Assembly (NCBI GenBank): GCA_963764725.1 | Contig: CAVXTM010000011.1 | Location: 320,001-384,000, forward strand | Length of the DNA: 64,000 nt | Source of the DNA: an uncultured Gammaproteobacteria bacterium | Lineage (GTDB): Bacteria; Pseudomonadota; Gammaproteobacteria; JACCXJ01 | Direction of reading: 5' to 3' | Part shown: piece by piece, positions 54,114 to 63,815 of the stretch | How positions within the stretch are numbered: position 1 is the first letter of the stretch | How the letters are laid out: every line of letters begins with the position of its first letter | Notes under the pieces: model-generated | Database searches by the model: none | Told to the model about the DNA's origin: nothing | The model's input: only the letters and a program-made list of their open reading frames with translations | Made by a program: the position numbers and the translations under genes

Positions 54114-55440
54114 TCGATTTTAAGGATTCGATCGTGGTTTCTGCGGGTGGCGGTGTGATGCGATCGCCGGGAAAATCGCAGCGAAACGTACTGCCTTTCC
54201 CGACGGTGCTGTCGATGTGCAAGCGCGCCTGGTGCCGCTTTAGCACGTGATTCACGATGGCCAGGCCGAGGCCGGTGCCGCCGCTCTCGCGCGAGCGGCC
54301 CTGATCGACTCGGTAAAACCGCTCCGTCAACCGCGGCAGGTGTTGGGGCGGGATCCCGATCCCGGTATCGCTCACCTCGAAATGCGCCCCCGAGGCGTCT
54401 TTATACCAGCGGATGCGGATCACCCCGCCGTCAGGCGTATAACGAATTGCATTCACGACCAGGTTCGAAAAGGCGCTGTGCAATTCGTGTCTTGCCCCGA
54501 AGATGCTTAGCGCCGGATCGATCTCGAGCGAGAACAGGTGGCGCGGTTTTCCTGCGAGCGCCTGCGCCTCTTGATAAATAGTGCCGATGAGCTCGGGCAC
54601 CTGTACGGGCCGCGCGTCCGCGATCTTATCGGATTGTCCCAGCCGCGAGAGCAACAGCAGATCCTCAATGATGCTTTGCATTCTTAAGGTTTGCGTCTCA
54701 AGCTGCGCTAAGATCGGTCGCCAGGCCTCGGGGCAGCGATCCGGATCATCGACCAAAGTTTCGAGATAGCCTCGAATGACCGTCACCGGCGTGCGCAGCT
54801 CGTGGGACACGTTGGCTACGAAATCCCGGCGCACTTGCTCGAGGCGGTGCAGGCGGGTGATGTCGCGCGCGGTTAAGAGGTGCTGGTCCGCCCCGAAGGG
54901 CACGATGCTGATGCTGAGTATACGCTCGGCGCCGAGCGGCGAGGGGATCTCCGCGGTGCGAGTCAAACCGGTATCGTGGTTTTCGTTGAGCAGGGCGGTG
55001 AACGTCGGATCCCGCACCAGATTGGTGATCCGTTGCCGCCAGTCTTGCGGCCACTGGATCCCGAGCAGGTTTTCGGCCGCGGGGTTGGCCCATTCGATCT
55101 GGTCGTTCGTTCCCAGCACGACAGCGGCATCCGGTAGGGCGGTGGTGGCGTGCCGGAATTGCTTAAGGTAACCGGAAAGCTTCTTTTTGCGCTTCTTTTC
55201 GCGATTGCCCAGAACGTCCACTGCACGGCAGATATCCTCGAGGAGCCCCGGAGAATCGGGCGCGGGATGATGTTTGCGATGCGGGATCCAAAACCGGAGC
55301 TGCACGAGCCGGCGGTAGTGCCACACGCAGTATCCCAGCGTCCCGAGCCAGAGGGCGAGGAAAAATTGATCGATGAGGGCGCCGATGATCCCGGAGACTA
55401 CCGAGACCCCCAAGAATCGCCACAAGTCCGGACGCATCAC
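54109..55440 (-). CDS. phoR: Phosphate regulon sensor kinase
   Basis: TM N-terminus, PAS, DFVANVSHELRTP, RFYRVD..RSRESGGTGLGL. Confidence 0.94.
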   Translation of the reverse strand: MMRPDLWRFLGVSVVSGIIGALIDQFFLALWLGTLGYCVWHYRRLVQLRFWIPHRKHHPAPDSPGLLEDICRAVDVLGNREKKRKKKLSGYLKQFRHATTALPDAAVVLGTNDQIEWANPAAENLLGIQWPQDWRQRITNLVRDPTFTALLNENHDTGLTRTAEIPSPLGAERILSISIVPFGADQHLLTARDITRLHRLEQVRRDFVANVSHELRTPVTVIRGYLETLVDDPDRCPEAWRPILAQLETQTLRMQSIIEDLLLLSRLGQSDKIADARPVQVPELIGTIYQEAQALAGKPRHLFSLEIDPALSIFGARHELHSAFSNLVVNAIRYTPDGGVIRIRWYKDASGAHFEVSDTGIGIPPQHLPRLTERFYRVDQGRSRESGGTGLGLAIVNHVLKRHQARLHIDSTVGKGSTFRCDFPGDRITPPPAETTIESLKSN

Positions 55441-55465
55441 GGGCGGGCGGGACGGTAGAATCCCC

Positions 55466-56158
55466 TTATTGGGCCGAGAACCGGTAGCCGACGCTGCGCA
55501 CGGTTTGAATCAAGCGATCGTATCCGTGCGGCCCCATGATTTTTCGCAACCGCCGGATATGCACGTCCACGGTGCGTTCCTCGATGTAGATGTTGTTTCC
55601 CCACACCTGATCGAGCAACTGGCCGCGGGTGTAAACCCGTTCGGGATGCGAAATAAAAAAGTGCAGCAGCCGAAATTCGGTCGGGCTGAGCTGCAAAGAG
55701 GTTTCTCGCGCCGTAACCCGATGCGTTCTAACGTCGAGCCGCAGGCCCTCGACCTCGATCGCATCCCGTGTTTCTTCCTGGGCCGTGCGCCTGAGCACGG
55801 CCTTGATGCGGGCGACCAGCTCGCGGGTGGAAAAGGGCTTGGTGACATAATCGTCGGCGCCGACGTCGAGGGCGCGCACCTTATCCGCCTCCTCGCCGCG
55901 CGCCGTGAGCATGATGATGGGGATGGCGCGGGTGCGTGCTTCGCGCTTGAGCCGCCGCGCGAGGTCAACGCCGCTCACCCCCGGGAGCATCCAGTCCAAT
56001 AACACGAGACCGGGTACGCCGGCGGCGATCGCAGTTTCGGCCTTTTCAGCATCCGCGGCTTCGATGCACTCGAAGCCAGCTCCCGAAAGCGCCAACCCGA
56101 GCATCTGCCGGAGCGCCGGCTCATCATCGACGATCAGGATCTTTTCCGTCATAGGCAT
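55466..56158 (-). CDS. phoB: Phosphate regulon response regulator
   Basis: LLDWMLPG, LSPTEFRLLHF, VWG..IEERTVDVHIRRLRK. Confidence 0.95.
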   Translation of the reverse strand: MPMTEKILIVDDEPALRQMLGLALSGAGFECIEAADAEKAETAIAAGVPGLVLLDWMLPGVSGVDLARRLKREARTRAIPIIMLTARGEEADKVRALDVGADDYVTKPFSTRELVARIKAVLRRTAQEETRDAIEVEGLRLDVRTHRVTARETSLQLSPTEFRLLHFFISHPERVYTRGQLLDQVWGNNIYIEERTVDVHIRRLRKIMGPHGYDRLIQTVRSVGYRFSAQ

Positions 56159-56184
56159 TGCCGTCAAAGATTACCGCGTAAATC

Positions 56185-56303
56185 AATTTTACTTCGCGGG
56201 CGGTGTTTATGAACCCCGCCCGTGACCAAAGGGGAGAGTTGCACTACTCCGCTATGGAAACCCCATTGCTAAGTGCCCGCCGTAAACGGCGGGTATTCAC
56301 AAT
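56185..56303. repeat. Three-hairpin intergenic repeat, copy B
   Basis: Matches 46174-46290 in the same orientation. Confidence 0.85.
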
Positions 56304-56365
56304 TAAAAGTCAATCGCATTACAGGAGTGTGACCGCTCATTCGCGCGCCCGCCGGGCGCTTGGTC

Positions 56366-56398
56366 CTGTCACACAACCGTCATCATACCGTCACTGAA
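56366..56398 (+). promoter_or_regulatory. Pho box with three half-sites
   Basis: CTGTCAC (56366), CCGTCAT (56377), CCGTCAC (56388) at an 11-bp period, upstream of the porin. Confidence 0.8.
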
Positions 56399-56480
56399 TA
56401 GAAATATTGAAACCTTACGATTCCCCGAGTCCGCGCCTGCTAGGGGCCTAAAAATCCATAATTATCGGGAGGAATACCCA

Positions 56481-57896
56481 GTGAATAGACGGTTGATTGC
56501 ATTGTCGGGACTGACGCTCGCGGCCAGCGCCGTGTTTTTCGCGCCCCGTGCTGATGCGGCCAACGACGCCATGGTCGAGTTGCTCAAGGTACTGAAAGAC
56601 CAGGGCACGATCACCCCGGAGGCCTATGAACAGCTCAAGGGTGCTGCCCAGGCCGATGACGAACAGAACACGGCCGGCCAGTCCGAGATCAAGCAGGCTG
56701 CCGAGACCCTGCCCAAGATCGAGACCAAGGACAAATTCGAGGTCGCATCACCCGATGGGGCCTTCAAGTGGAGATTCGGCGGGCGCCTCCACACGGATGC
56801 GGCTTTCTACAACAACGATACGGGATCCGGCGACACCACGACCCTCTCCAGCGGCGTCGACATCCGGCGCGCCCGCTTGGCCGTGGAGGCGACCTTGTAT
56901 CGCCACTGGCAGCTCAAGTTCGAGTACGACTTTGCGGGCAACGACACTGACGTCGATGAAGGTATACGGGATGCCTATCTCCGCTATCTCTGGACGGCGG
57001 GTTGGCCTCTTTCTATCACCGTGGGCCAGTTCAAAGAGTACCTCGGGCTCGAGAGTATCACGAGCTCCAACGACATCACTTTCATGGAGCGGGCCTTGCC
57101 CTCCCGGACGTTCAACGATATCGCCGGGGGCAGCGACGGGCGCCGGATCGGCGTGGGGGTACAGACCTATGGCAACGATCTCTGGACGGCCTCGGCGGGG
57201 ATCTTTGGCCCCAACGCCGCGGGAACCACCGGCGACAACGAGGACGCCGAAGACGCGTCCGATCCGATCACCTTCGTCGGGCGCCTCACCTTGTCGCCCG
57301 TCCATACGGAGAATCGCGCCGTGCACCTCGGCTTTTCCGGCTCTTGGCTGAACCCCGACGATACCGACCTGGTACGGTACCGCCAGCGGCCCGAGATGCG
57401 GGTCGGCGCCGACCGCCTGGTCAACACGGGCAACCTCGCTACCGACGACGTGAACCGTTTCGGCGCCGAGGCCGCCGGGGTCTATGGGCCCTTCTCGCTC
57501 CAGTGGGAGTACCTGTGGGCCACCCAGTCGGGGACCGATGTCAACCCGGATCTCGCTTTCAATGGCTGGTACATCTTTGGTAGCTGGATCGTCACGGGAG
57601 AATCCCGCCTCTATGATTTTCAGGAAGGGAGGTTTAAGAATCCGAAACCGAAGGGCATAGTCGGCAAGGGGGGCATCGGGGCCTGGGAGCTTGCGGCGCG
57701 CTACAGCACCCTCGACCTGAACGACGAGACAGTCGACGGTGGCGAGGAGGATAACTTCACCTTCGGAGTCAACTGGTACCCGACCCCCAACTTCAGGTTC
57801 ATGGCCAACTACGTGAAGGTCCTGGACCTCAAGGGCGGCGATTTCGACGGGGCCGAGCCCGATGCCTTCATGCTCCGCGCCCAGGCCTACTGGTAG
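56481..57896 (+). CDS. Phosphate-selective porin, OprO/OprP family
   Basis: Signal peptide, IRRARL, GQFKE..LE..TSSN...FMERA, GAWELAARYS, GVNWY, C-terminal W. Confidence 0.9.
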   Translation: MNRRLIALSGLTLAASAVFFAPRADAANDAMVELLKVLKDQGTITPEAYEQLKGAAQADDEQNTAGQSEIKQAAETLPKIETKDKFEVASPDGAFKWRFGGRLHTDAAFYNNDTGSGDTTTLSSGVDIRRARLAVEATLYRHWQLKFEYDFAGNDTDVDEGIRDAYLRYLWTAGWPLSITVGQFKEYLGLESITSSNDITFMERALPSRTFNDIAGGSDGRRIGVGVQTYGNDLWTASAGIFGPNAAGTTGDNEDAEDASDPITFVGRLTLSPVHTENRAVHLGFSGSWLNPDDTDLVRYRQRPEMRVGADRLVNTGNLATDDVNRFGAEAAGVYGPFSLQWEYLWATQSGTDVNPDLAFNGWYIFGSWIVTGESRLYDFQEGRFKNPKPKGIVGKGGIGAWELAARYSTLDLNDETVDGGEEDNFTFGVNWYPTPNFRFMANYVKVLDLKGGDFDGAEPDAFMLRAQAYW

Positions 57897-57936
57897 GCCG
57901 TTGCCTCGATCGGCAAACCGCTTCCCCCGAACCTTG

Positions 57937-57964
57937 GCCCCACCCTCACGGGTGGGGCGTTTTT
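57937..57964 (+). terminator. Intrinsic terminator of the porin gene
   Basis: GCCCCACCC-TCAC-GGGTGGGGC followed by GTTTTT. Confidence 0.75.
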
Positions 57965-58015
57965 GGCGGGTGTTCCGCAGGCTGCGCGGCTTACCTGAGA
58001 GCTAGGAATCGGGCC

Positions 58016-59698
58016 TTAAGTGCGCGTCACGCGAAGCGTCTTGGCGACTGAGGGCACACCGTTTTCATTTATCACAAACATCATCCAGTAACCAGGCATT
58101 GCCACGTTAGCGTTGTTGGGAGCGGTAACGGTCAGGTTCGTGCCATTTTGGATGAAGCTCAACTCCGTGAAAGACGTGGCAGCGTCGAACGAATGCGTCA
58201 CCGATCCGTTTCGCACCAGTGTGACGCGCTCGATGGAGTCTACGTCTCCGACCTCGACGTAAAACGTATTACCCAGAACCACAGTGCCCGGTGCACTCAC
58301 GATCGACGGACGGATGGCGGGCAAGCCACCCGGTTCCCAGAGATACGGTGGATAGAATACTTCCGCATTCAGGTTCTTCACCGGTCCGGGCGCACCCCCT
58401 CCCATCGTGAGTATGGTCGCGTCGGGCAGCAGCACCGCGGACGAGTGATAAAGACGCGGTTTCTGGGCGGCGGCTCCGAGCGTCCACTTACCGGTGACCG
58501 GATCCCAGATCTCGGCCTTGTACGCTACGTTAGTCAGTGTATTGGCAACTGCGGAACCGCCGGTGACCACGACGTTGCCGTCCGCTACAACCGTCGCGTT
58601 CGACCAGTAGCGTAGGCTGCTGACCGAAGCCGTAGCCTTGAAGGTCGGTGGTGTCTTGTTCAGGTCGACGATGATCGCTTTCTTGTTGATCCGCAGGGAT
58701 AATATCTTGCCGGGCGCGAAGCTCACGATCGGTAAGCTAGCATACGAAATGGGCGCGAGGGTTTTGGTCGCTCGTTTTATCGATCCGGTTCCTGTCGGGT
58801 TCAAATAGAACATTTCGCCATGGTGCGCCAGTATGAAGACCTGGCCGTTGGGAGCTGGAAACGCGCGCGGGTAATTCCAAGAATCATAGGAACTTCCGTA
58901 CGCGAGTTGGTTCGTTGCCGTCGTTAGGCGCCGCCACCCCGCACCCGGCGTATACACCTCAGGGGTGGGTGCATAGGACAAGGGAATCGTCTCCTGTCGT
59001 CCGCCCAGAACCAGCAGCGCGCCGTTCGTCTGCGCAACGAGCGTAGGATACCAGCGCTTGTAAGCCATCGGTACGACCGAGCTCAGTTTGTTGGTGGTAT
59101 AGTCGTAGATGTTTGTGTCAGCGGTACCAAAATGCACATTGCCGTTGACCGTCGTATCTCCGCCGGTGATCAAGAGTTGGCCGCTGTTCGGCAACAGCGC
59201 CTGGGCGGCGCATAAGGTGTCGGTGGGAGTGGTATTGGGCAGCAGCGTGTGCGCCGAGGCCGCAGTACCAAGTTCAGGGTCCCATAAGGCGTGCACGAGT
59301 GCCGCGCCCTGGGCACCGGTCGTACTAGTCCCGTAGCTGTGCACCTTACCGTCGGGTAGAAGCGCCGCGTGAATCGGGATGATGGGCCAGGTAAAGGGAT
59401 CGCCGAACACGCCCTTGATGTGTGCATCGGGCGGCGGGGTCAGCGCCGCCGCATCGAACTCTCGAAAGCCTTCCGCAGCAGGTTGGATACCCGAGGTAGG
59501 CCCGATGCTCGTACGCGCCGACGGTCGGCCGCGACCAGGTCCCCACCCGAGATCCACTGGAGCGCTATCGTCTACGCCGAGTTTCGCCGCCCGATCTTCG
59601 GGCACCTCGCCAGGGTGTCGCTTGCCTAAGGCCTCGGCATCGACAACACCCAGAGTACATAACATTATGAGATAAGAAACGAAATAAACGCGCTTCAT
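58016..59698 (-). CDS. Secreted galactose/glyoxal oxidase-like copper-radical oxidase (AA5), copy 1
   Basis: Signal peptide, IPIHAALLPDG, DTLCA, RWYPT, RLYHS, SVTHS, PGYWMMF. Confidence 0.87.
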   Translation of the reverse strand: MKRVYFVSYLIMLCTLGVVDAEALGKRHPGEVPEDRAAKLGVDDSAPVDLGWGPGRGRPSARTSIGPTSGIQPAAEGFREFDAAALTPPPDAHIKGVFGDPFTWPIIPIHAALLPDGKVHSYGTSTTGAQGAALVHALWDPELGTAASAHTLLPNTTPTDTLCAAQALLPNSGQLLITGGDTTVNGNVHFGTADTNIYDYTTNKLSSVVPMAYKRWYPTLVAQTNGALLVLGGRQETIPLSYAPTPEVYTPGAGWRRLTTATNQLAYGSSYDSWNYPRAFPAPNGQVFILAHHGEMFYLNPTGTGSIKRATKTLAPISYASLPIVSFAPGKILSLRINKKAIIVDLNKTPPTFKATASVSSLRYWSNATVVADGNVVVTGGSAVANTLTNVAYKAEIWDPVTGKWTLGAAAQKPRLYHSSAVLLPDATILTMGGGAPGPVKNLNAEVFYPPYLWEPGGLPAIRPSIVSAPGTVVLGNTFYVEVGDVDSIERVTLVRNGSVTHSFDAATSFTELSFIQNGTNLTVTAPNNANVAMPGYWMMFVINENGVPSVAKTLRVTRT

Positions 59699-60039
59699 GT
59701 GACCCCTCCTTACCATGGACTTTCCATGGACAAATAACGCAGTGTGCAATTCTAAGAATCTATCTTAGGCTCAACGCTCCAGTCCTTTCATCGCTTCGAA
59801 AAAAAAGCGGGGAAGTGCTTACCAGCACAGTGTTAACCAAAAACCAGTCGCAGTCATAAAGGATGCGTATTTTTTTTGTAAAATATCCGTAAAATGAGCT
59901 AAACGTTAATACGTTGGTCAAATCTGTAAACCGCGTTTGTGAAGATTGTCTAGGGCATATTAAATGCTAATTAAATAGGCAGTGGCTGCGAAGGAGCGGC
60001 ACTGAGGAGCTTCATAGGGTAAACTGGAGGGAAAATACC

Positions 60040-61680
60040 ATGGAGACCGTTTGTTTTGGGTCCTTTTGTTTGGATCCCGTGCGCGGAAGCCTGTTGAGAG
60101 ATGGGCAACCGATCTTAATGACGCCCAAGGCCTTCATGGTTTTGCACTATCTGCTTCGGCACCCGGAGAAACTGGTCACGAAGGACGAGCTGCTTCAGGC
60201 CGTATGGCCCAGGGTCTGCGTCGGTGACGGTGTGCTCAAGGTATGTATCGGCGCGATCCGCCGCGCGCTTGGAGACCCAAGCCAGCAGCCCCGCTTTATC
60301 GAAACCGTCCATAGCCGCGGCTATCGCTTCATCGGCAACATCACCCGTCTGCCGCATTCAACCACCGGTGCTCAGGCAACGTTAAGCAACGGACGAGTTC
60401 GGCTGGCACACTTTGGCAATCTGTCGCCTGCCGGTAACATGGGCCTTCAGGATTACTCCGCCGCGTCCGCCTGGGGACGTGAGAAAGAATTAGAACGACT
60501 CGATTCCTGTCTCGCGCGCGCGGCTCAGGGCGTGCCGCAAGTTGTTTTGATCAAAGGGGAAGCCGGTATCGGGAAAACTACCCTGATTGAATCCTTTCTA
60601 AAGCGTGCGACGGCAACCGAAACGGTATTCGTTGCTCAAGGCCGTAGCTTCGAGCACTGCATCGATGCTGAAACGTATTTTTCAGTGATCGAAGCCCTTC
60701 ATGGCTTATGCCGTGGTCCGATGGGCGACCGTGCGCAAGAGCTGCTGAGTCAATGGGCGCCGACCTGGGCCATGCAATTGCCGATGGTCGTCGATTCCTA
60801 TAAGCACGTACCTAGCGAGTTAAACGGCACCGTCCGGCAGCGGATGCCACGGGAGTTTGCCGCGTATGTCGAGGCGCTAACGGCGGGGCAACCGCTGGTC
60901 TTGGTACTCGAGGACTTACACTGGAGTGATTATGCAACGGTCGATCTCATCAGTTATCTCACACATCGGCGGAGTTCGGCGCCCTTCATAATGATCGGCA
61001 GCTATCGCTCCTACGAACTATTAAAGAAAACTCATCCTTTGAAGGCGTTGCTGCGAGAGCTTAAGGCTAGACAGGCCTGCGACGAGCTTTCACTCGGCGG
61101 TCTGGATGGATCCGTTGCGCAGAAATTTGTATCCAGCCATTTACCCGATAGTCCGGCTAGCGTCAAGTTGTCCCGGATCCTGCACGAAAGGACCGAAGGT
61201 AATCCGCTATTCATGATACAAATGCTGGACCACTGGAAGCAGAAAGGCCTGTTCAATGTATTTGACGAAGAAAGGGATTTCGACAAATTATTGCGCGACG
61301 TGCGGATAGGCGTACCCGAGAGTATTCGGGCGCTGGTAGACGAACAAACGGAGTTACTCTCAGACTACGATCGCGGTGTCTTAGAGGCCGCCAGCATTAT
61401 AGGGTTTGAATTTTCCGCCTCGGCGGTGGCCGCCCTGCTGAATGAAAATATTGTGGCAGTGGAGAATCGCTGTAATCACCTTGCTCAGCGCGAGCTACTC
61501 CTATGTCCGGCTTCCAGCTCGCAGTGGCCCGACAGGCGAACAGCATCGCGTTACTCCTTCATACATTGGATATACCAGCAGGTGCTATTCCTGCACATAC
61601 CTACTGCGCGACGCTCGCAGCTCTACGAACGCATCAATCTTATAGCCGTAAAGCCGCGCCAAAATGTTCGTGTTTCGTAG
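60040..61680 (+). CDS. OmpR-type winged-helix plus AAA ATPase transcriptional regulator, apparently lacking a C-terminal sensor
   Basis: LVTKDELLQAVW..IRRALGD..IETVHSRGYRF; GEAGIGKT; LVLEDLHWSD; TEGNPLF. Confidence 0.82.
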   Translation: METVCFGSFCLDPVRGSLLRDGQPILMTPKAFMVLHYLLRHPEKLVTKDELLQAVWPRVCVGDGVLKVCIGAIRRALGDPSQQPRFIETVHSRGYRFIGNITRLPHSTTGAQATLSNGRVRLAHFGNLSPAGNMGLQDYSAASAWGREKELERLDSCLARAAQGVPQVVLIKGEAGIGKTTLIESFLKRATATETVFVAQGRSFEHCIDAETYFSVIEALHGLCRGPMGDRAQELLSQWAPTWAMQLPMVVDSYKHVPSELNGTVRQRMPREFAAYVEALTAGQPLVLVLEDLHWSDYATVDLISYLTHRRSSAPFIMIGSYRSYELLKKTHPLKALLRELKARQACDELSLGGLDGSVAQKFVSSHLPDSPASVKLSRILHERTEGNPLFMIQMLDHWKQKGLFNVFDEERDFDKLLRDVRIGVPESIRALVDEQTELLSDYDRGVLEAASIIGFEFSASAVAALLNENIVAVENRCNHLAQRELLLCPASSSQWPDRRTASRYSFIHWIYQQVLFLHIPTARRSQLYERINLIAVKPRQNVRVS

Positions 61681-61847
61681 TCCTAGGGAGAGACCGACCG
61701 AGGGATGCGAGGTAAAATCGGTTTCTTCTCGGTAGCGTCAACTTTGGGCGGTCGTACCGCAGTGGGGCAGTGGGCAATATCGATATCGAACACCCGCTGA
61801 GCAGCTGGGCCCAGCGGATGCCCGAGACCTGGTGGGTGATGCTGGGA

Positions 61848-61969
61848 GTACCCGATTCCCCAACTTCAGGTTCATGGCTAACTACGTGAAGGTCCTGGAC
61901 CTCAAGGGCGGCGATTTCGACGGGGCCGAGCCCGATGCCTTCATGCTCCGCGCCCAGGCCTACTGGTAG
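61848..61969 (+). pseudogene. Duplicated 3' end of the porin gene
   Basis: Near-identical to 57776-57896 (NFRFMANYVKVLDLKGGDFDGAEPDAFMLRAQAYW-stop). Confidence 0.9.
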
Positions 61970-62009
61970 GCCGTTGCCTCGACCGGCAAACCGCTCCCCC
62001 CGAACCTTG

Positions 62010-62037
62010 GCCCCACCCTCACGGGCGGGGCGTTTTT
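62010..62037 (+). terminator. Duplicated porin terminator
   Basis: Copy of 57937-57964 with one stem mismatch. Confidence 0.6.
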
Positions 62038-62088
62038 GGGAGGTGTTCCGCAGGCTCCGTAGCTTACCTGGGAGCGAGGAATCGGGCC

Positions 62089-63815
62089 TTAAGTGCGCGT
62101 CACGCGAAGCGTCTTGGCGACTGAGGGCACACCGTTTTGATTTATCACAAACATCATCCAGTAACCAGGCGTTGCCACGTTCGCGTTCTGGGGAGCGGTA
62201 ACGGTCAGGGTCCCGCCACTTTGGGTGAAGCTCAACTCCGTGAAGGACGTGGCAGGGTCGAACGAATGCGTCACCGATCCGTGTCGCACCCATGTGACGC
62301 GCTCGATGGAGTCTTCATCTCCGACCCTCACGGAAAATGTCTCATTCAGAGCCACGGCCGCGGGCGAGCTCACAATCGACGGACGGTCCGCTAGCCCCGA
62401 GCCATCCGCTTTCCAGAGGTACGGCGGATAGAATATCTCACCGTTCAAGTTCTTTACCGGTCCGGGCGCACCCCCTCCGGCCGTGAGTACGCTCGCATCG
62501 GGCAGCAGCAGTGCAATCGAGTGATAAAGACGCGGCTTCTGGGCGGCGGCTCCAAGCGTCCACTTACCGGTAGCCGGATCCCAGATTTCGGCGTTGTACG
62601 CTACGTTAGTCAGCTTATTGCCAACTCCGGAACCGCCGCTGACCATGACCTTGCCGTTTGCTAAGATCGTTAAGTTCGACCAGTAGCGTATCCTGCTGAC
62701 CGGAGCCGTATTCTTGAAGGTCGGTGGTGTCTTGGTCAGGTCGACGATGACCACTCTCTTGTTGATCCGCAGGGAAATAATCTTGCCGGGCGCGAAGCTC
62801 ACGATCGGTAAACTAAGAGACGAGTCGGGCGCGAGGGTGTTGGTCGGTCGTATGATCGATCCGGTTCCTGTCGGGTCTAAATAGAACATTTCGCCATGAT
62901 GCGCGAGTATGAAAACCTTACCATTGGGAGCTGGGAATGCACGCGGATAATACCAAGAAGTGTTGGTTCCTCCGTACGCGAGATTGCTCGTTGCGGTACT
63001 CAAAGTTTTCCAGCCCGTAGCCGGGGTATATAACTCGGGGATAGGCGAGAAGGTTGCGGGGGCCCTCGCATCTCGTCCGCCGAGGACCAGCATGTCACCG
63101 TTTGCCAGTGCAAGGAGCGTAGGATACCAGCGCTTGTGAGCCATCGGCTGGCGGGACGCCAGCCCGGTCCCAGAGTCGTAAACATTCGTGTCCCAATTCG
63201 CCCAATTCCGTTGGCCATTGACGATCGCATCCCCGCCGGTGATCATCAATTGGCCGCTGTTCGGTAACAGGGCCTGCGCGGCGCAGAAGGTGTCGGTTCC
63301 AGTGCTGTGGGGTAACAGCTTGTGCGTTCCGGTAGCAAATACTGCATCCGGACCAAGTTCAGGTTCCCAAACCGCGTGCAACAATTTCGCGCCCTGGTTC
63401 CCCGCCTGTCGTCAGTCCCGTAATAATAAATATTACCGTTCGGGAGAAGTGCCGCGTGAATTGGAATGAGGCGCATTGAAAAGGGATCGCCGAACACGCC
63501 CTTGATGTGTGCATCGGGCGGCGGGATCAGCGCCGCCGCATCGAACTCTTTAAAGCCGCTGCTCTTACCCGCCGACGGTCCGCGGCGAGGTCCCGACCCG
63601 AGGTCCACTGGAGTGCTAGCGTCGTCTACTCCGACGTCCGCCGCCCGATCTTCGGGCACCTCGCTAAGGTTTCGGTTGCCTACGGCCTCGGCATCGACAA
63701 CAGCCAGAGTGCATGACATTATAAGATAAGAAACGAAATAAACGTGCTTTCGCGGATGCGCTACGCTGGTCGCGGCCGTGCATTCGAGGCGTTCGACGAG
63801 CGTAAATTTCAACAT
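62089..63815 (-). CDS. AA5 copper-radical oxidase, copy 2, frameshifted near 63400-63415
   Basis: N-terminal part in ORF 63246-63815, remainder in ORF 62089-63384; DTFCA, RWYPT, RLYHS, SVTHS retained. Confidence 0.82.

Noticed and set aside
61745-61847. Short frame (GNIDIEHPLSSWAQRMPETWW) before the duplicated porin tail
   Set aside because: Possibly a gene fragment, but I cannot assign it
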